Source: Moniliella sp. 'wahieum'
Taxonomy: Eukaryota
Direction of reading: 5' to 3'
Assembly: GCA_003971905.1 (NCBI GenBank)
Contig: RSEE01000013.1
Span: forward strand, 620,001 to 684,000
DNA: 64,000 nucleotides
The notes below the pieces were generated by a model, which was not told the DNA's origin, did not search any database, and was given only the letters and a program-made list of their open reading frames with translations. Of the stretch, positions 35,077-48,255 are shown in pieces. Position 1 is the stretch's first letter, and every line of letters starts with the position of its first letter. The translations under genes were made by a program, and so were the position numbers.

Positions 35077-36970
35077 ATGACGATACGTCGACAGAGGGAT
35101 CTCTCTTACTTTGGTCAATCGCCTTGATGCTGCACACGAACCTTCCTTTCAAGACACGTTCCTACAGGAGAATGCCTCCTACCGTGCAGATCAGGAAGAA
35201 ACACATCTTGCACACCCTCAAGACCAACCGCAGGTGGACCCACTCGCCACTCCGTCCTCACTGCGTCTTGCCTCCCCTCCTCGGCCCCGATCTCTTCGTC
35301 GCTGCACTCTTTTCCCCGTTCATGCTGGTGTACATTTGGCCGGCGACACCCATCTGGTTGATCGAAACGTTTCCCGCCCCCAGCCCACTTCTACTTCCAT
35401 TACACCATTCATCTCTTCACACCCCCGCCAGCGCCATTACCATCTGCACCAAATCCAGCCCCCGTTTTGGATTCTGTTGGCGCACTATGTAACGTGCGGG
35501 ATGTTCCCTGTGCACTACGACCGCATCGCCCTGTCGGACACTGATTCGAACGGGGAGGACGGAGAGGCGACTCATCGCGGGTAAGAAGCGACGATGGGGA
35601 CGAGAGTGGGACATCAGTGTCGTCGTGGCACCAGGTACCAGCACCTATCCCGCTGATGGACGTGGTGCGGGCGCCTTCTTCCCCGCCTACGGCGCTCCCT
35701 GTTACGGGTGAGGGGAGCGAACTGGAACTGGACCCACCTCTTCTCGGGCGGAGCCAAGCAGAGGGATGGCAGACCTGGTTGCAGATGGTATGGACGATGC
35801 ACGGGTGGTTAACGAACAAGACCTAGCTCAGCTAGATCCTCATCTTGAAACTACGTGTGCCATTTCTTTTGGGGAGCAGCAACCAGTCCACACCTGCAAA
35901 CCACCAGTCACTGTCCACCGCAAAGAGAGGGGGCCTTCACCAAGCGATGACAGCTGGAACACTTGCCGTACGTATAATCGCTATCCCCTTTCCCACCATA
36001 AACAACGATCTACCAACAATTATTCTGACTATGTAATGTTGTGCTCACCCGGAAATATCTACTCCGGGTGTAAAATAGGACTCGGCCGGCAAGCTTCCCT
36101 CTCCCTTACGGCAAACAGACGTCTCTGGGAAAGCCAACCCCCAACATGCACAAGACCGAGCCCGAAGAGCAACATGACCTTACGGACGCGGCGGGGTGGG
36201 CCAGAGAGTAATAGTAAGGACACCGCGACGATTCGACCTTCCACATCATTGACGGAAAGCGGGACAGAAGTTACACCTCCCAACGAAGCGTCACCGCAGA
36301 AGAGGAGCGACGACCTGAAGGCCAAGGCAACGGGGTCAACAGAACCCCAAAGCGCATTCCAGCATCATGACCCCAACTCGAACTCTCTGTCGTCCCCAAC
36401 CTTTCCCCCCGTTGACCAACCTTCCATCAACGCACGTCCGCAAGGAAAAGGCAATGTTCCAGCCCGCAGGTGGCAGTAGGAGGTGCTGCACCGCCCCTGC
36501 ATGCTATCCCACCTCATAACACACCGGTCTCGAGCCTAAACATCATACGGTGTATGTCCGTTCCGAGGTATTAGTTCCACGGATCAGACAAGACGGGCAG
36601 GCGCTCAACCACTGGGGCAAAAATGAGGGTGACGCGCTCCCCAACCCAACTCACCCCGACAGCTCAACAGACGCTTCTGTCGCTTTAAGGGGAATTGGGA
36701 GAGCGAGGGTGGGGAAGGACGAAAGGACTGGACCGAGCATTTTTCCCATTCCCATTCCCATTCCCTTTCCCTTCCCCGTACCCTCACCATCATATTTCTA
36801 ACCTCTCCCACCTGGTGGGGAGTTCCCACGCCCGTCGTTCCTCCTCCTCCTCCACTTCCTCGACCCGAGTGCATCGTACTGCCGGGTTCCATCATCAGCC
36901 GCCAGTGAGTAAGTTGACAAGGCACGAAGCGGAGGAAAAGTTGGGGTTCGGATTCACGCCTTCTGGATGA
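35077..36970 (+). other. Possible fragmented hypothetical gene (S/P/T-rich)
   Basis: Successive plus-strand ORFs (35111-35584, 35766-36479) with disordered-protein composition; no recognisable motif. Confidence 0.2.
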
Positions 36971-37821
36971 AGGTTCCTCTGTTACCGAACCAACGTCAAG
37001 GCAGAAAAAACGGAGGAACACTGTACTGTGGTCAGGGGTTTCCCGACGTTGCTGCTGCATCTCTTCGGTGAAAGAGAGACACCCCCGATTTTGAGATCTA
37101 TCGCGCCTATAACGGACCCGGGACCTTATCAGTCGTACCGATCCAGGCCTCCTCTCATCCCCTGCCTTGGCCCCTTAGCTTCCGCTGCGCCAATATGCGA
37201 TGTGCCTCACAATTTCATCCTATATAGCCTCTGTGCGGGTAACCCGTTTGCCCTGTTTTTCATTAGGAGGGTGGGCGGTAGGGGTGTGTGGATTGTACGT
37301 TCTGCGGGTAGGGGTAGGGATGGCTGCTAAACGATTTTGATGTACCCCCCTTCGCTATGCCTCAGACGCCAAGGCGGTACGGTAGAGTTTCTGGTAGGAA
37401 AGTGTGGATTGGCAGGGTGCTTGCGTGAGCTGGGAGACCAGCACAAGTAACGAAACGCTCTGGCGATGAGGACAAGGGGGCGGGGGAAGTCCGAAGAGGG
37501 GAAGAAACGTGGGTAAGCAAAGGGAATGTGGAGGGTTGGCGACGGGGAAACAAGACGACAGAATGAGAACGATGGTAGGAGAAGAGGAAAGGGGGAAAGA
37601 GGGGCCGAAGTGAAAGACACAATGCGCCGGCGCGAGGGATATGGGCAAAGAACGGCAGAAATGGTAAGAAGAGGAGTTCCTCAGGGCGTGCGTGAGCGGG
37701 GCGGTTGAGAGGAGGAGGAGAGAGAGAGACAGAGAGCCAAGGAAGGTAAAAGGGACCAAGGGAAACGAGCCCGGGCATGCGAGAGAGTCAAGCCAAGACG
37801 CATGTCTTCGAGCTACAAGGG

Positions 37822-39330
37822 TCAGGCGGCACATCCACACGTCAAGAGTTTGAGGAAAGCGTTGCCTTGCTTTGCAGGCTTGGCTTTGGGGTTGGGAGCT
37901 GGATCAGGAAGATCCGAGACGGCGGGGGCATCCTGCCCGCGTAGCGCAGTTCGGTTTGCTCGGCATTCCAAGCGGGTGTCCGCAGCTGAAGTGGCTGCGG
38001 TCCTTCCCTTTTCCGCTTGGGCGCTTACCGCAGGGGCGGTCGTAGTCGTTGGCAGGGGCGGCGACAGGAGCCGAAGCTTGTGTTGCAGCTTCGCGAATGG
38101 CATGTTGGAGGCCGACTGGGGGACGGCCATTGAGTTGAGGACAAGTGTTGCCGGTGGGGTACGGGAAGCTGGTGGCGGTCGTTCGAGATGGGGGTGCCTG
38201 TCAGAGCGGGCCGACGCTGCGAAGCACCACGGCCCAAGCCTGAGGCCCTGGGCGGCAGCCACCTGGCCTGCTTTGGGTTGGTCGTGCTTTTCCTTTCGCG
38301 TTGCTGCTGTTCGCGTTGTTGTTGCTGTTGCTGATGGCGGTGCCTACGTTCACGTTCACGCTCTTCGGCGCGGCGTTCGCGTTCGCGGGTCGCGGTGCTG
38401 CATCTGCACCGACGCCTCCCACCCTTTGCCGCCGTTGAGCAGGTTCCAATCATACACTCCATCCTCCACCTCGCCCATTGACTTGAGCACCTTGGTGAAC
38501 AGTTCGCGCAAAAAGTCATAGTCGGGTTCTTCTTGGAACCCGAGCTTGCGGACATAGTTGAGGTAGATGCCAAACTCTTCGGGGAACCCTTCGCACAGCT
38601 GGGCGATGGGGGTGGACTGTTTGGTCTCTCCAATCTTTTCGTACTTTTGTTTATTGGTGGCCGCTTTGAGACCCTGCCAGGGCAGCGAGCCGCGGAGGAA
38701 GTACATAAACACGTGGCCCAGCGACTCGAGGTCATCGCGGCGCGACTGTTCGCGACCGAGGTGGGTGTTGATGGACATGTATCGTGCGGTGCCGGAGAGG
38801 GACTTGCGCTCGCGGTAGGGAATGTGCTGCTTGCTCTTGGGGTCGCGGTAGAGCTTGGCCATGCCAAAGTCGACAATGTGGACAACGTTGGCGCCCTTGG
38901 TGTGGGGCCGACCGATGAGGAAGTTGTCGGGCTTAATGTCGCGGTAGATGAGATTCTTTTCGTGGACGGTCTGGACGCGAGTGATCATCTGCTTGGCGGT
39001 CATGACGACGGTTTTGATGGTGAACTTGCGGCCGCACATGTCAAACAGGTCTTCGAGCGAGGGGCCGAGGAGGTCAATGACCAGCGTGTTGTGCAGGCCT
39101 TCCTGGCCGAAGTAGTAGACCTGGGGGATGCCGAAGCACCCGCTGAGGATCTTGTAGGAGCGGTACTCATCGCGGAGCTGGGGGGCGTCGCTCTTGCGCG
39201 GCTCGAACTTGATGGCGACGGTCTGGTTGTTGAGGAGATTGGTGCCCTCGAAGATGACGCCGAAGGAGCCTTCGCCGATCTTGCGGCCGACCTTGTAGTG
39301 GACGCCGATGACGCTCGACGAGCTGGACAT
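37822..39330 (-). CDS. Casein kinase 1, Yck/Cki (membrane-anchored) type
   Basis: [70 protein letters not shown]-rich tail ending KLLTCGCAA* (Cys for palmitoylation), reached via a frameshift. Confidence 0.96.
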
Positions 39331-39479
39331 GGCGGGTGGGGGGGGGAGGGAGGGGACAGATGGGCAGGGCGCAGGGGGGGATGGGGATGGCGGGGGCGGG
39401 GAGCGGCGGGGAGCGGATAGATGGGGAGGGAGGGGAGGAGGTGGGAGGGGAGGCGATGGGAAACACCGAAGGCTTAGGC

Positions 39480-39515
39480 GTTCAACGTTCAACTGAACGT
39501 TCAGTTCAGCGTTGA
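39480..39515. repeat. TNA-centred array upstream of CK1
   Basis: GT TCA ACGT TCA AC TGA ACGT TCA GT TCA GCGT TGA. Confidence 0.85.
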
Positions 39516-40690
39516 GGCTACCGGTGGTCTGCTGTTCCTGCCCGCGGCTGCGCTGAGGCGCGGCTGAAAGGCCCAGGGGCTGCGGGCACCAACAGGCGAG
39601 TGAATGTTTGATTTGAATTCACATCACACGTGGCCATCACCCTCTGAATGCTGCCTGAATGCACGCTGAGGTAATCACGCCACACTCGGGCGGAGGCGCC
39701 GACGCCCACTGGCAGCACGGGGGCACTGACGCCGACGGACGCTGACTGGGGCCCAGCCGCGCACCCGGACACTGCCCCCGCGCCTGGCCTCTCCACCGCG
39801 CTCCCGCTGGGCGCCGATCCGCGCTCGCCCTGAAAGTGAAATCCGCCCCCATTCCGCTGCCATGCACCATGGGATGCCTCCTCCTTCTCGAGTACCGCGC
39901 CGATCCACCTCCCCACCAACCACCCTGTGGCCACGCGCAGGCACAGATCGGTTCGGTGTTGGTTCATCCATGTTCGCTGGGGAGCTGTGGATCTGTGTAT
40001 CCGGATGGTGCTGAGCCTCGGTGGTCATCCGTACTAGCCTGACCAAGGACAAAGCAACACCCAACAGGGGTTCGATCGTCATCGACATCATCATCGCCAT
40101 GCACATCAACATGACACGATGGATGAGACTTGGGAAGACCAGGCGGGGTCTAGTGTTCGCTTGTTCAACCCAAGGCTAGCAACTCTTAGATCTTATACCC
40201 GCAAGGCTGAAGGAGACACAGAGAAGACTGTTCAACACGTTCAACCTGAACTGAAGGGTCACCGACCGGTCAGAGGGCCAGCCACATCCGAGATCACATT
40301 GACCCTCTTCCATAATATCCCGCCACCATGGCAGTCTCCCCATCCTCTGCCCTAGTGCCACTCCCCTGTCTTCTTTTTTTTCTCTTCCTCAGTCCTGGGT
40401 TGTGTTGTTGGGTTCTAACCAGCTCCTGTGTTCTTCCTACCACTGCATCAGCAACATAACGACACGTTTTAGTACGTTACTGGGGAACCAACAGGATGAG
40501 TACAGACAAGGCCCAGTTGATGTTCTGAAGGCGACAATTGGGAGATGTGGGAAACCAAGTAAAACAAGAGCCAACAGGAGGACCGAGAATGGATCGAAGA
40601 TTCTAGAACCGGTACGAATCGAGTGGCGATAACGCGTGACGACCCTGATATCACCACCCCGTCCAACGGACTTGCAACTCACGTCCTTCT

Positions 40691-40758
40691 CGTGACGCGT
40701 GACTAGTGACTAGTGACTAGTGACGCTAACTTGAAGCTTCAAGCTTCAAGCTTCAAGC
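40691..40758. repeat. TNA-centred 7-bp arrays
   Basis: TGA CGCG TGA CTAG TGA CTAG TGA CTAG TGA CGC TAA CT TGA AGCT TCA AGCT TCA AGCT TCA AG. Confidence 0.92.
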
Positions 40759-40851
40759 CCCTTCCGTGGCGTTTTCCAACCATCGACCGTCCAACGCCCA
40801 CCTCGTAGACCAGCAGAGCTGGCTGGCTGATGCATCGTACCCTTTCACCAC

Positions 40852-42074
40852 ATGGGAGCCCAGTCCAAACGTTTCATGTTCATCGGCCTGCGGCCGGGGC
40901 CTCGTGAGGGCTACCTGCGCGACGCCTTTCTTCCCAGTGCGCCCGAGCCGCCCTCTGCCGCCGGGTCGCCGTTGCGCCTGGTCGTGATGGACCTCAACAA
41001 CCCTTCTCTCCCGCAAGTCTCGTTCTTCCAAGGGCTCCAACACGGCCGATCTGCGGCCCTTTACCAAGGCCTTGCTCAGCTACTGCCTCGGCACCCCCTC
41101 TGCGCCGCCGCCTGCCACCAAGCTCTGGCCGGGCCAACGCTCCCACGGCCCGTACGAGGTTGGGATCTGGTCCAGTGCCCAGGAGGACAATGTGATGCGG
41201 ATGTTGGATTCGAAAGTGCTTCCGCTGGACGATCCTCTGCGACAGCGCTTGGTTGGGATCTGGGCCCGGTCGACCCTCGTGCCTTCTCACTTGCGTTTTG
41301 ACAATGTGCAAGTGACCAAGGACCTGGAGGTGATCTGGGCCGCGCTGAATTTGGGCGACACCAAGCGGTTGGATGCGACGACGCGCGCGCAGCAAGATAT
41401 GGCAATTCATATATCGTCTAAGCATGTGCGTCCGTCCGATGCGCAGCATGCCGATTCCACCAGGCCGGGCCTTGGAACGCGAGCAATACGTTCGTACTGG
41501 ACGACTCGCCGCTCAAGGTCAAGCTCCAGCCGTTCAATGCGCTCTTGCCGCCTGAGTTTGGGCCGGCCGAGGTGAGCGTGATGAACGAGGTGAAGCAGGG
41601 ACAACTGCGCATCGCGGGTCTGCAGAGCGTCTCGCTCTATCCGCCCCCAGAGGGACAAGAGAAAGAGGCGAGCGAGGAATCTACCGAGCCAGCAGCTCCA
41701 GCGTCTGCACAACCCGATCCAAGCTCGTTGCGCGAGTTGGCATGGGATATGGTGTTGCGCATGGACACCACGTTGCTGCAGGTGATTGGGGTGTTGGATG
41801 AAGCAACGAGGGTGGAGCATGTGGGGCGTTGGATTCACGCCAATGGTGCAGCCGGCTTTCCTCCCACCAACAATCACCTTCTTCCTCTCTGGGACCAGGG
41901 GCGGGCGACGAAGGAGCCAGATGCGTTAGCCAAGGAGGTATGTGCCGGTTGTTGGGTTCGGTGGCCTCCGAGACGGAGACCAAAGACCCGCTGTACTGGC
42001 TTGTACGTGGGGTGCAGGCATGTGCGCGGCGTGGGATCCCGTTGGACGTGATGCACGATGTGTACCACAAATAA
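40852..42074 (+). CDS. FCP1-homology/NIF-type HAD-superfamily phosphatase-like protein
   Basis: LRLVVMDLN; RPFTKALLSYCL; VGIWSSAQEDNV; GIWARSTL; QVTKDLEVIW; LDDSPLKVKLQPFNAL; DTTLLQVIGVLD. Frameshifted; start uncertain. Confidence 0.78.
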
Positions 42075-42224
42075 GCCAGTGTCGTCTTCCGAGCCGGAAG
42101 GGGCAAGAGGCGGGTACGTGGGATTGTCTACGTTATCAAAGTACTATGTATTGTATGTGTGCTGTTATGCATCGGATGTGGCAGCGCCAGGGCAGAGAAG
42201 GTGATGGATAGATGGGTCAATGGC

Positions 42225-42323
42225 TGCCATCGTTGCCATCGTTGCCATCGTTGCCATCGTTACCATCGTTACCATCGTTACCATCGTTACCATCGTTACC
42301 ATCGTTACCATCGTTACCATCGT
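42225..42323. repeat. 9-bp tandem repeat: (TGCCATCGT)x4 then (TACCATCGT)x7
   Basis: Read directly. Confidence 0.95.
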
Positions 42324-42582
42324 CATTGGGTCCGCTCAGAACCATCCCCAGCTCAAGGCCACACGAGCCTGAAACGGCAAGGCTGTTACAGGCGGACGAG
42401 TTGGTGATGGCAAGAAGGTCCAACGCGGCAAGATCATGCGCACGTACGCTCATGCCCCATGGAGCAAGGCCAGTGGCGGGAACCCCGGTCGCCATGCGCA
42501 CCAATAGATGGGCATTTTCCCGGCCTCAGGCGCACGCGCCGCGCCGTTTGAGTCTCCCCCGGTCCGAATGGCTTTCATAGAT

Positions 42583-42620
42583 GGTGAACGGTGAACGTTG
42601 AACACGTTGAACATGTTGAG
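42583..42620. repeat. TNA-centred array
   Basis: GG TGA AC GG TGA AC GT TGA AC AC GT TGA AC AT GT TGA. Confidence 0.9.
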
Positions 42621-43910
42621 CCCCGATGAAACTGGGAGTAGGGGCCCTTACAGCGCGTGTTGAAAGCTTAGTAGTTGCACTGAAACGGAAGGAAACGAGG
42701 AGTTCTTCTGCTTGCTATGAAACAAAAAGGGTCAGAAGATGCATGCGATACATGCAGGTCAGGACGACAAAAGACAAGTCATACTCCTTCCCCCCATCTC
42801 CCCCACTCCCCTCAAGGAAGGTGTTCGACGCCCAGGAGAGCAGGTTGAAGCGGAAGAAGCAACAGATTTTCACGCTTGGCCCTCCACGCGGCCCCATGCA
42901 CGAAAAGCGCCATTGGGGCCTGACGAGGCCGAAGAGGATGTCGTGGCCGAGGGAGGACGTGGAAACGATAGCATGAACGCGCATCCTATCCCATCAACCG
43001 CGCGTTAGTAGCAAACTTGTACGACGCTGGACCGAAAGGGGCGATGAGAAGCGCAAGGCAAGGAACGATTGGTGGAACTGCACGTCAGACAGGAGCGAAG
43101 CAGCTCGATCCGCTAGCCTTGGTTTCTATCTGAGCTCGGCTGGCAGAAGTATACGACCCATTAAGGCGTAGGGGAACATACCACCACAGCGTCCGGTCGG
43201 TCTGGGTTCGCCTTGCACGCCCATCCTGGCACGAGCGTTTACCGACGTAAGTAAGTCCGCTTTACCGGCCCGCAAAGCGGGAGAGGCCCCCAACATTCGG
43301 TCCATCTCGGCCATCTTGGAGACAATGACCCTACGCTGTTGGCCTGCCTGAGGCTTGACTGGTCGTCCTACCAACTCTAACCCTCTTACCATCTCATCAT
43401 CTATCATCATGTCTAACTATCAGGATATCCTTCTCCGTCTCATTCTTTTTCCCTTGCTTCCTTCCTTACCAACCTTGTAAGATAAGTGGCGACTTCAGGA
43501 CGTCGGCACCCTCTTTCTCTCACCTTCTCAACTGTTTCGTTTGTGTCCCCTGAAGATATCATATCCTCTGGCAGTTGGGATAGCAGATCACTTGGAGTCC
43601 TGGGCTGCTACGTGGGTTTGCTCTGTGGTTCCGACTGCCCAAATTCTGACATATGCGTGCAGGCATGATGGCTCGGATTAAGAAAGGACAGCGTTGGAAC
43701 ATACAAGCAGGTAAGCAAGATGAAAATAGGCACCGATTAAGGAAAAGACAGGGTTGGATGTGTATGCACAAGAGAGGAAGGAGGAGGGGGAGGGAGAAAA
43801 TGGGAGCGAAAGGTGAGAGGACAGGACGGACAAGGCAAGGATGGAATGCAAGGCTCGTCGCTCGTCCCGGTCGCGATCGGCAAGGTGCAATATATGTGCA
43901 CTGCAGAAGA

Positions 43911-45542
43911 TCAACTGGCCACTTGCTCAAAGTGGGAGAAGCGGCTGTGCTGGCGGATGCGAGATCCAAAGTAGTAAAACACAAATGGCAAGGGCAAGGC
44001 GAGCATGTTGAGCGCAAAGAGGAAGAGGGAAGCGCCAATGTCGCCCATGCGATGGTACATTTGCACGCCAAACAAGACAAAACCACAGGCGACTGCACAA
44101 CGCACCAAAGGCATTGCCCGACATGGCGCTGGCCGTGTAGGTCCGGTACGTCTCGGAGCAAAACGTAAACACAGACGTGTAGATTAACACAAACCCAAAC
44201 CCGTACGGTGCCACCAAGATGAGCGGCACGATCCAGTGCACGTTATGGAAGAGGGTGAGGGCGTAGAGGAAGAGACCAAGCGGACAGGCAATCGCACCCA
44301 TCATGGCAGGTAACAACCGTTCTTCCGGAGGTGGCTTTCCATCGTACTTGGCCTTGGCCCTGCGGCGATAGAGGTGGGCCCAATACGGGATGGTGAACAT
44401 GGCAATGATCATGCCCACCAAGATACCGACAAAGGTCAGACCTGTGCTCCAGGGCTTAAAGCCGCGCTTGGAAAAGACGACGCTCGAGGAGACAAACCAC
44501 AGGTACAAGACGGATAGGACCAGTGCCGACCAAAAGCAGAGAGCAAGGTGCATTGGTTCGTACCACAACAGAAGCGGTACGCGCGAGAGGAAGGTCATGA
44601 GTGTACGCGATTTGGACTTGTTGCGTGTTTCCAGGTCGTACTGTGACTTCCAACGCGCGTCGCCCGTCTCTTTGCGCAAGCGTGCGGCGCGGTGCGCAAG
44701 AATTCTAGGGTGGTACGTCTCTGGGGAGAAAAAGTAGAGGATCCACCAGAGGAGGAAGGACCAGATAATGTTGGCATAGTAGCTCCAATTCAACTTGCCT
44801 GTAGCCGACAACGAATCCGCTGTAGATGGGGCCCAGGGCCGGACCACAAAAGGGGGCGGACCCAATGGAGAGGCCAATGGGGGCCATCAGATGCATGTTG
44901 TCGTACATGTCGGTCACAGTGCCCGCAGCGATGGACAAAAAGGAGGAGCCGGCCGCGGAAGAGAGGAAGCGAAAGATGAAGAAGACAGCAGGGTTGTTGG
45001 CAAATGCGACGGGAAATTGGAGAAGAAAGAAGACGGCAAAGGAGATGAGGTAGATGGGCCTTCTGCCATAAAATTCGGAAAAGGGTCCGAGCAAACAAGG
45101 TCCAACCGCGAGGCCGAGAACGTAAAGTGCTACAGACAGCCGCGAGACCTCGAGACCCACATGAAACTTCTTGGCAATGACTGGGTAGCCACTGGAACAA
45201 ATTGAGCTCGTTGCCGTGACACAGAGACAACAGAGGTAGTTGATGGCGACAATGAGATGTCTTCGATGGCCAAATGTCATGGGGTTTTCCGGGTCATCCA
45301 AAGGATCTTGGCTCACCTGCTTGGCGTCATCTTGCGGCCCATGGACGTTCCACGTGACAAGCTTGTAGTCGTCTGGCTTTTCGGGGGAAGCATCAGGGTT
45401 GGTCGCGAAGGAGGTGGGATCGGGCGAAGAAAGAGAGGCGGCTTTCGGCGCGGGGAGCGGTAGCAGGCGCCTTCTCCACGTCAAGAGGGGTCGCAAGACT
45501 TTCAGGTGGTGAGGAACTGTTGGGTGTGGTGTTGGCCGTCAT
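43911..45542 (-). CDS. MFS transporter, DHA1 (drug:H+ antiporter) family
   Basis: DDPENP; GPCLLGPFSEFYGRRPIY; FRFLS..GTVTDM; GPALGP; PETYHPRIL; EPM..W; PPPEERLLPAM; VHWIVP; YTASAM; YFGSRIR..SRF. Confidence 0.92.
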
Positions 45543-47375
45543 AAGAATGGAGTCGGCTGGAGGAGGTAGGGGGAAGGGGGGTGCAGTTAGGGGCAAGTTT
45601 TGGCGAAAGGGATGAAGGAAAGATGGGAGGATGTGGTGGAATAGCGAGGAATGCGGAGGCGCGGGCAGCTATGGAAGAAAAGGTTGCGTCTGTCGGTGGG
45701 CCCATAGGGTTTTATATATACAGCGCACTACTCTCCATGGGGTACTTACTATCTATGCTGTGTGGAGGGATGATCGATGACCGGCCATGACCGAGGCTCT
45801 CGGGTGAAAACGGACAGGCGGATGCCTGTGTCGGTGGATCGGGGGTTGGATGGGCGAACAAGGAGATGGGTGACAATCGAGCTGGGTCAGAGCTGGACAG
45901 AGCCCACTTGCCGGCAAGCGGTTGCCGAGGTGTTTTGATTTTGCGAGGAACCCCAGGGAACACCTGAGGATCGAGTACCAGTGCGTACTGAGTGCACGGA
46001 TGGCTGTGTCGGCGTCTGATCGATGATGCGTGCATGGTGGAAGCGAATACCTTGCGACGAGGGAGATGTGCAAGGGCAGAAGGATTGTGCGCTGACATTC
46101 AATGGGTATTTCACAGGTCATCGCCGCGGGGGAAGGGGCGGGGGGAGACTGGGACCGGGCGGCGTGGGCGAACTGCTGTGTGAGCGAACGGACGAGGCGA
46201 GGCAGGAACGGAAGGCAAAGTGAACTGAAGCCGACGGCCAAGCTGAGACGGGGGGGCAGCAAGTGCGCCAACTATTGGACGGCCGCTGTCCTATGTACTC
46301 CAACGCGCACTTGTCCGATCATGCCCTGGCCCATGCGCTCATGGATCATCGATCAGGCCCATAGGTCGGGAGTAGCAGGCGGAGGTACTGCCGCTCCAGG
46401 CCGCTCCCAATACAGACAGGATAGTGGACTGCACTAAGTACTAAGTACAAGCACCGAGTCCTGCCGGCTAAACCCAGCCCAGAACAATCGCCGTGGCTTG
46501 GTTCCTGCCACATCGCCGACAAACCCGAAGCGGGAGGATCCTTTTGTGTTGCCGGCGGCCGCGGGGCCCCGCTATGACATCGGCTACCTACCGCCTGCTA
46601 CCTACCGCCTGTTACATGTTACCTGCCGCCTGCGACCTGCCGCCTGCCCATTAGCCACGCCACCGTCACCACGTCACGTCGAACGACCTGCGAACTCACC
46701 GACTGCCCATCGCCTGCGACATGTTGGCCCCACGCGGCCAGTGTGGGCAGCGCACGTGAGATGGAGATGGGAGAGCTGGCGGACATACCGGGGGTAGATG
46801 CTATGGGCTGCTGGGGCTGTTCTCTGTTGCTCTCCTGCTCCCTGCTATTATGCCCCCAAAGTTTCAACGTCACGTGTCAGGGTGTCAGGCTCCCGTCGCT
46901 GGGAAGAGATGCATCATCGATGAGTATCATCTTTCCTCTCACATCTCTCCTTCATCTCCCTCATGGAGGACAACTCAGATACTTCTGCCCCGTCCAAAAA
47001 CTCTCATATCTCAAGGGTCAAGCCGCACGGCCAAGGATAAAGTAATTCTTCCTTTCGACCAACATTCATGCCGTGCGGACCGCTGGCGCCTGGTTGGGTT
47101 GGCGAGACCGTGCGGACCCAACAGCCAAATAGATTCCAACGCTACGAATCGCCATGACGTGGATCGAGCAGGACCCAAGTCCATATGCATTTTGGGGAGG
47201 AGGCATCGAGAAGGACTGCCCTCCTCGTGAAACCAAAAGGGGCACACCAGCGTACCAAGTGGGCAACCAAACAGATTGCACGAGAGCGAATCGTCTGTGA
47301 CCGGTCGGTCTCCAAATGGGCCCAAATAAGCCCACCCAATGAGTCGCGACCGGTACAATAGTCCTGTGCGCTTGC

Positions 47376-47824
47376 TCACAGACGACGACCGCGGCGACCG
47401 CCCTTCCTGCGGGTCGAGTCGGTGGGGACGGGGGTCACGTCCTCAATGCGGCCAATGCGCATGCCCGAGCGGGCGAGCGCACGAAGGGCCGACTGGGCAC
47501 CAGGGCCAGGGGACTTGGTGCCCGTGCCACCGGTAGCACGGAGCTTAATGTGCAGAGCGGTGATCCCGCCCACCTCCTTGCACCGCGCCGCGACGTCCTG
47601 AGCAGCCAACATGGCCGCATACGGCGACGACTCGTCGCGGTCCGCCTTGACCTTCATGCCTCCCGTCACGCGGCTGATGGTTTCCTTGCCCGACAAGTCA
47701 GTGACGTGGATGAACGAGTCGTTGTACGAGGCAAAGATGTGGGCCGTGCCAAACCCAATTCCCCATCGCCCACTTGCGGGCCAAGGGCCACAGCGGGGGC
47801 AGCAGTGCGAGTCTTGGGGGGCAT
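47376..47824 (-). CDS. RPS14: 40S ribosomal protein S14 (uS11); probable 5'UTR intron 48097-47832
   Basis: [82 protein letters not shown]; one frameshift near the 5' end. Confidence 0.97.
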
Positions 47825-48218
47825 TTTGTAACTGCAACCAACCATCCTGGGTTAGTCACCATAATCAAAACGGAAAAATGGCCCCAAGGCAACCGGGCAG
47901 CCGGGGGAAGGAGGCAAGGGGAAGAACCGAGTCCTGTCCCATCGACCGCCATTGGACAGGCATGTTGGACCAGGCGACCCATCCCCATTCGTCCAAGATG
48001 GGGGGGGCGGGGCACCGAACAAACATGCACAACCCTCCTCGTCCGCTCCGAGCTGCTTAACCCGAGGCCGGGGGGGGGGGATCGAGCCGGGACCTACCTT
48101 GAATCGGACGGTACCGTGTGGATGGGTGAAGAACGTGAAGGCGCGGCAATCGCGTGCACCTGCTTCCTGCCATCCGTGCCATCTGTTGGGCTGCGGCGGC
48201 AGTGCGGATGGGTTTTAT

Positions 48219-48255
48219 TAGGGTTGTCCGCCGCAGTGCTATGAAAGTAGGGTTG
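48219..48255. promoter_or_regulatory. Two TAGGGTTG telo-box/Tbf1-like motifs upstream of RPS14
   Basis: Copies at 48219 and 48248; the same core occurs upstream of RPL39. Confidence 0.45.

Noticed and set aside
38533..39420. Long antisense or alternative-frame ORFs (e.g. 295 aa opposite CK1; many Arg/Pro/Gly-rich ORFs in the track)
   Set aside because: Expected shadow ORFs of GC-rich coding DNA, with no independent motifs.
43486..43668. Short ORF ending CVQA as a lipopeptide pheromone precursor
   Set aside because: Starts at GTG, weak CaaX, no pheromone-like composition or response elements seen.
47556..47579. Extra Gly in RPS14 (EVGGITAL versus the usual EVGITAL)
   Set aside because: Lies in a G-rich stretch of an error-prone assembly; cannot be trusted without reads.
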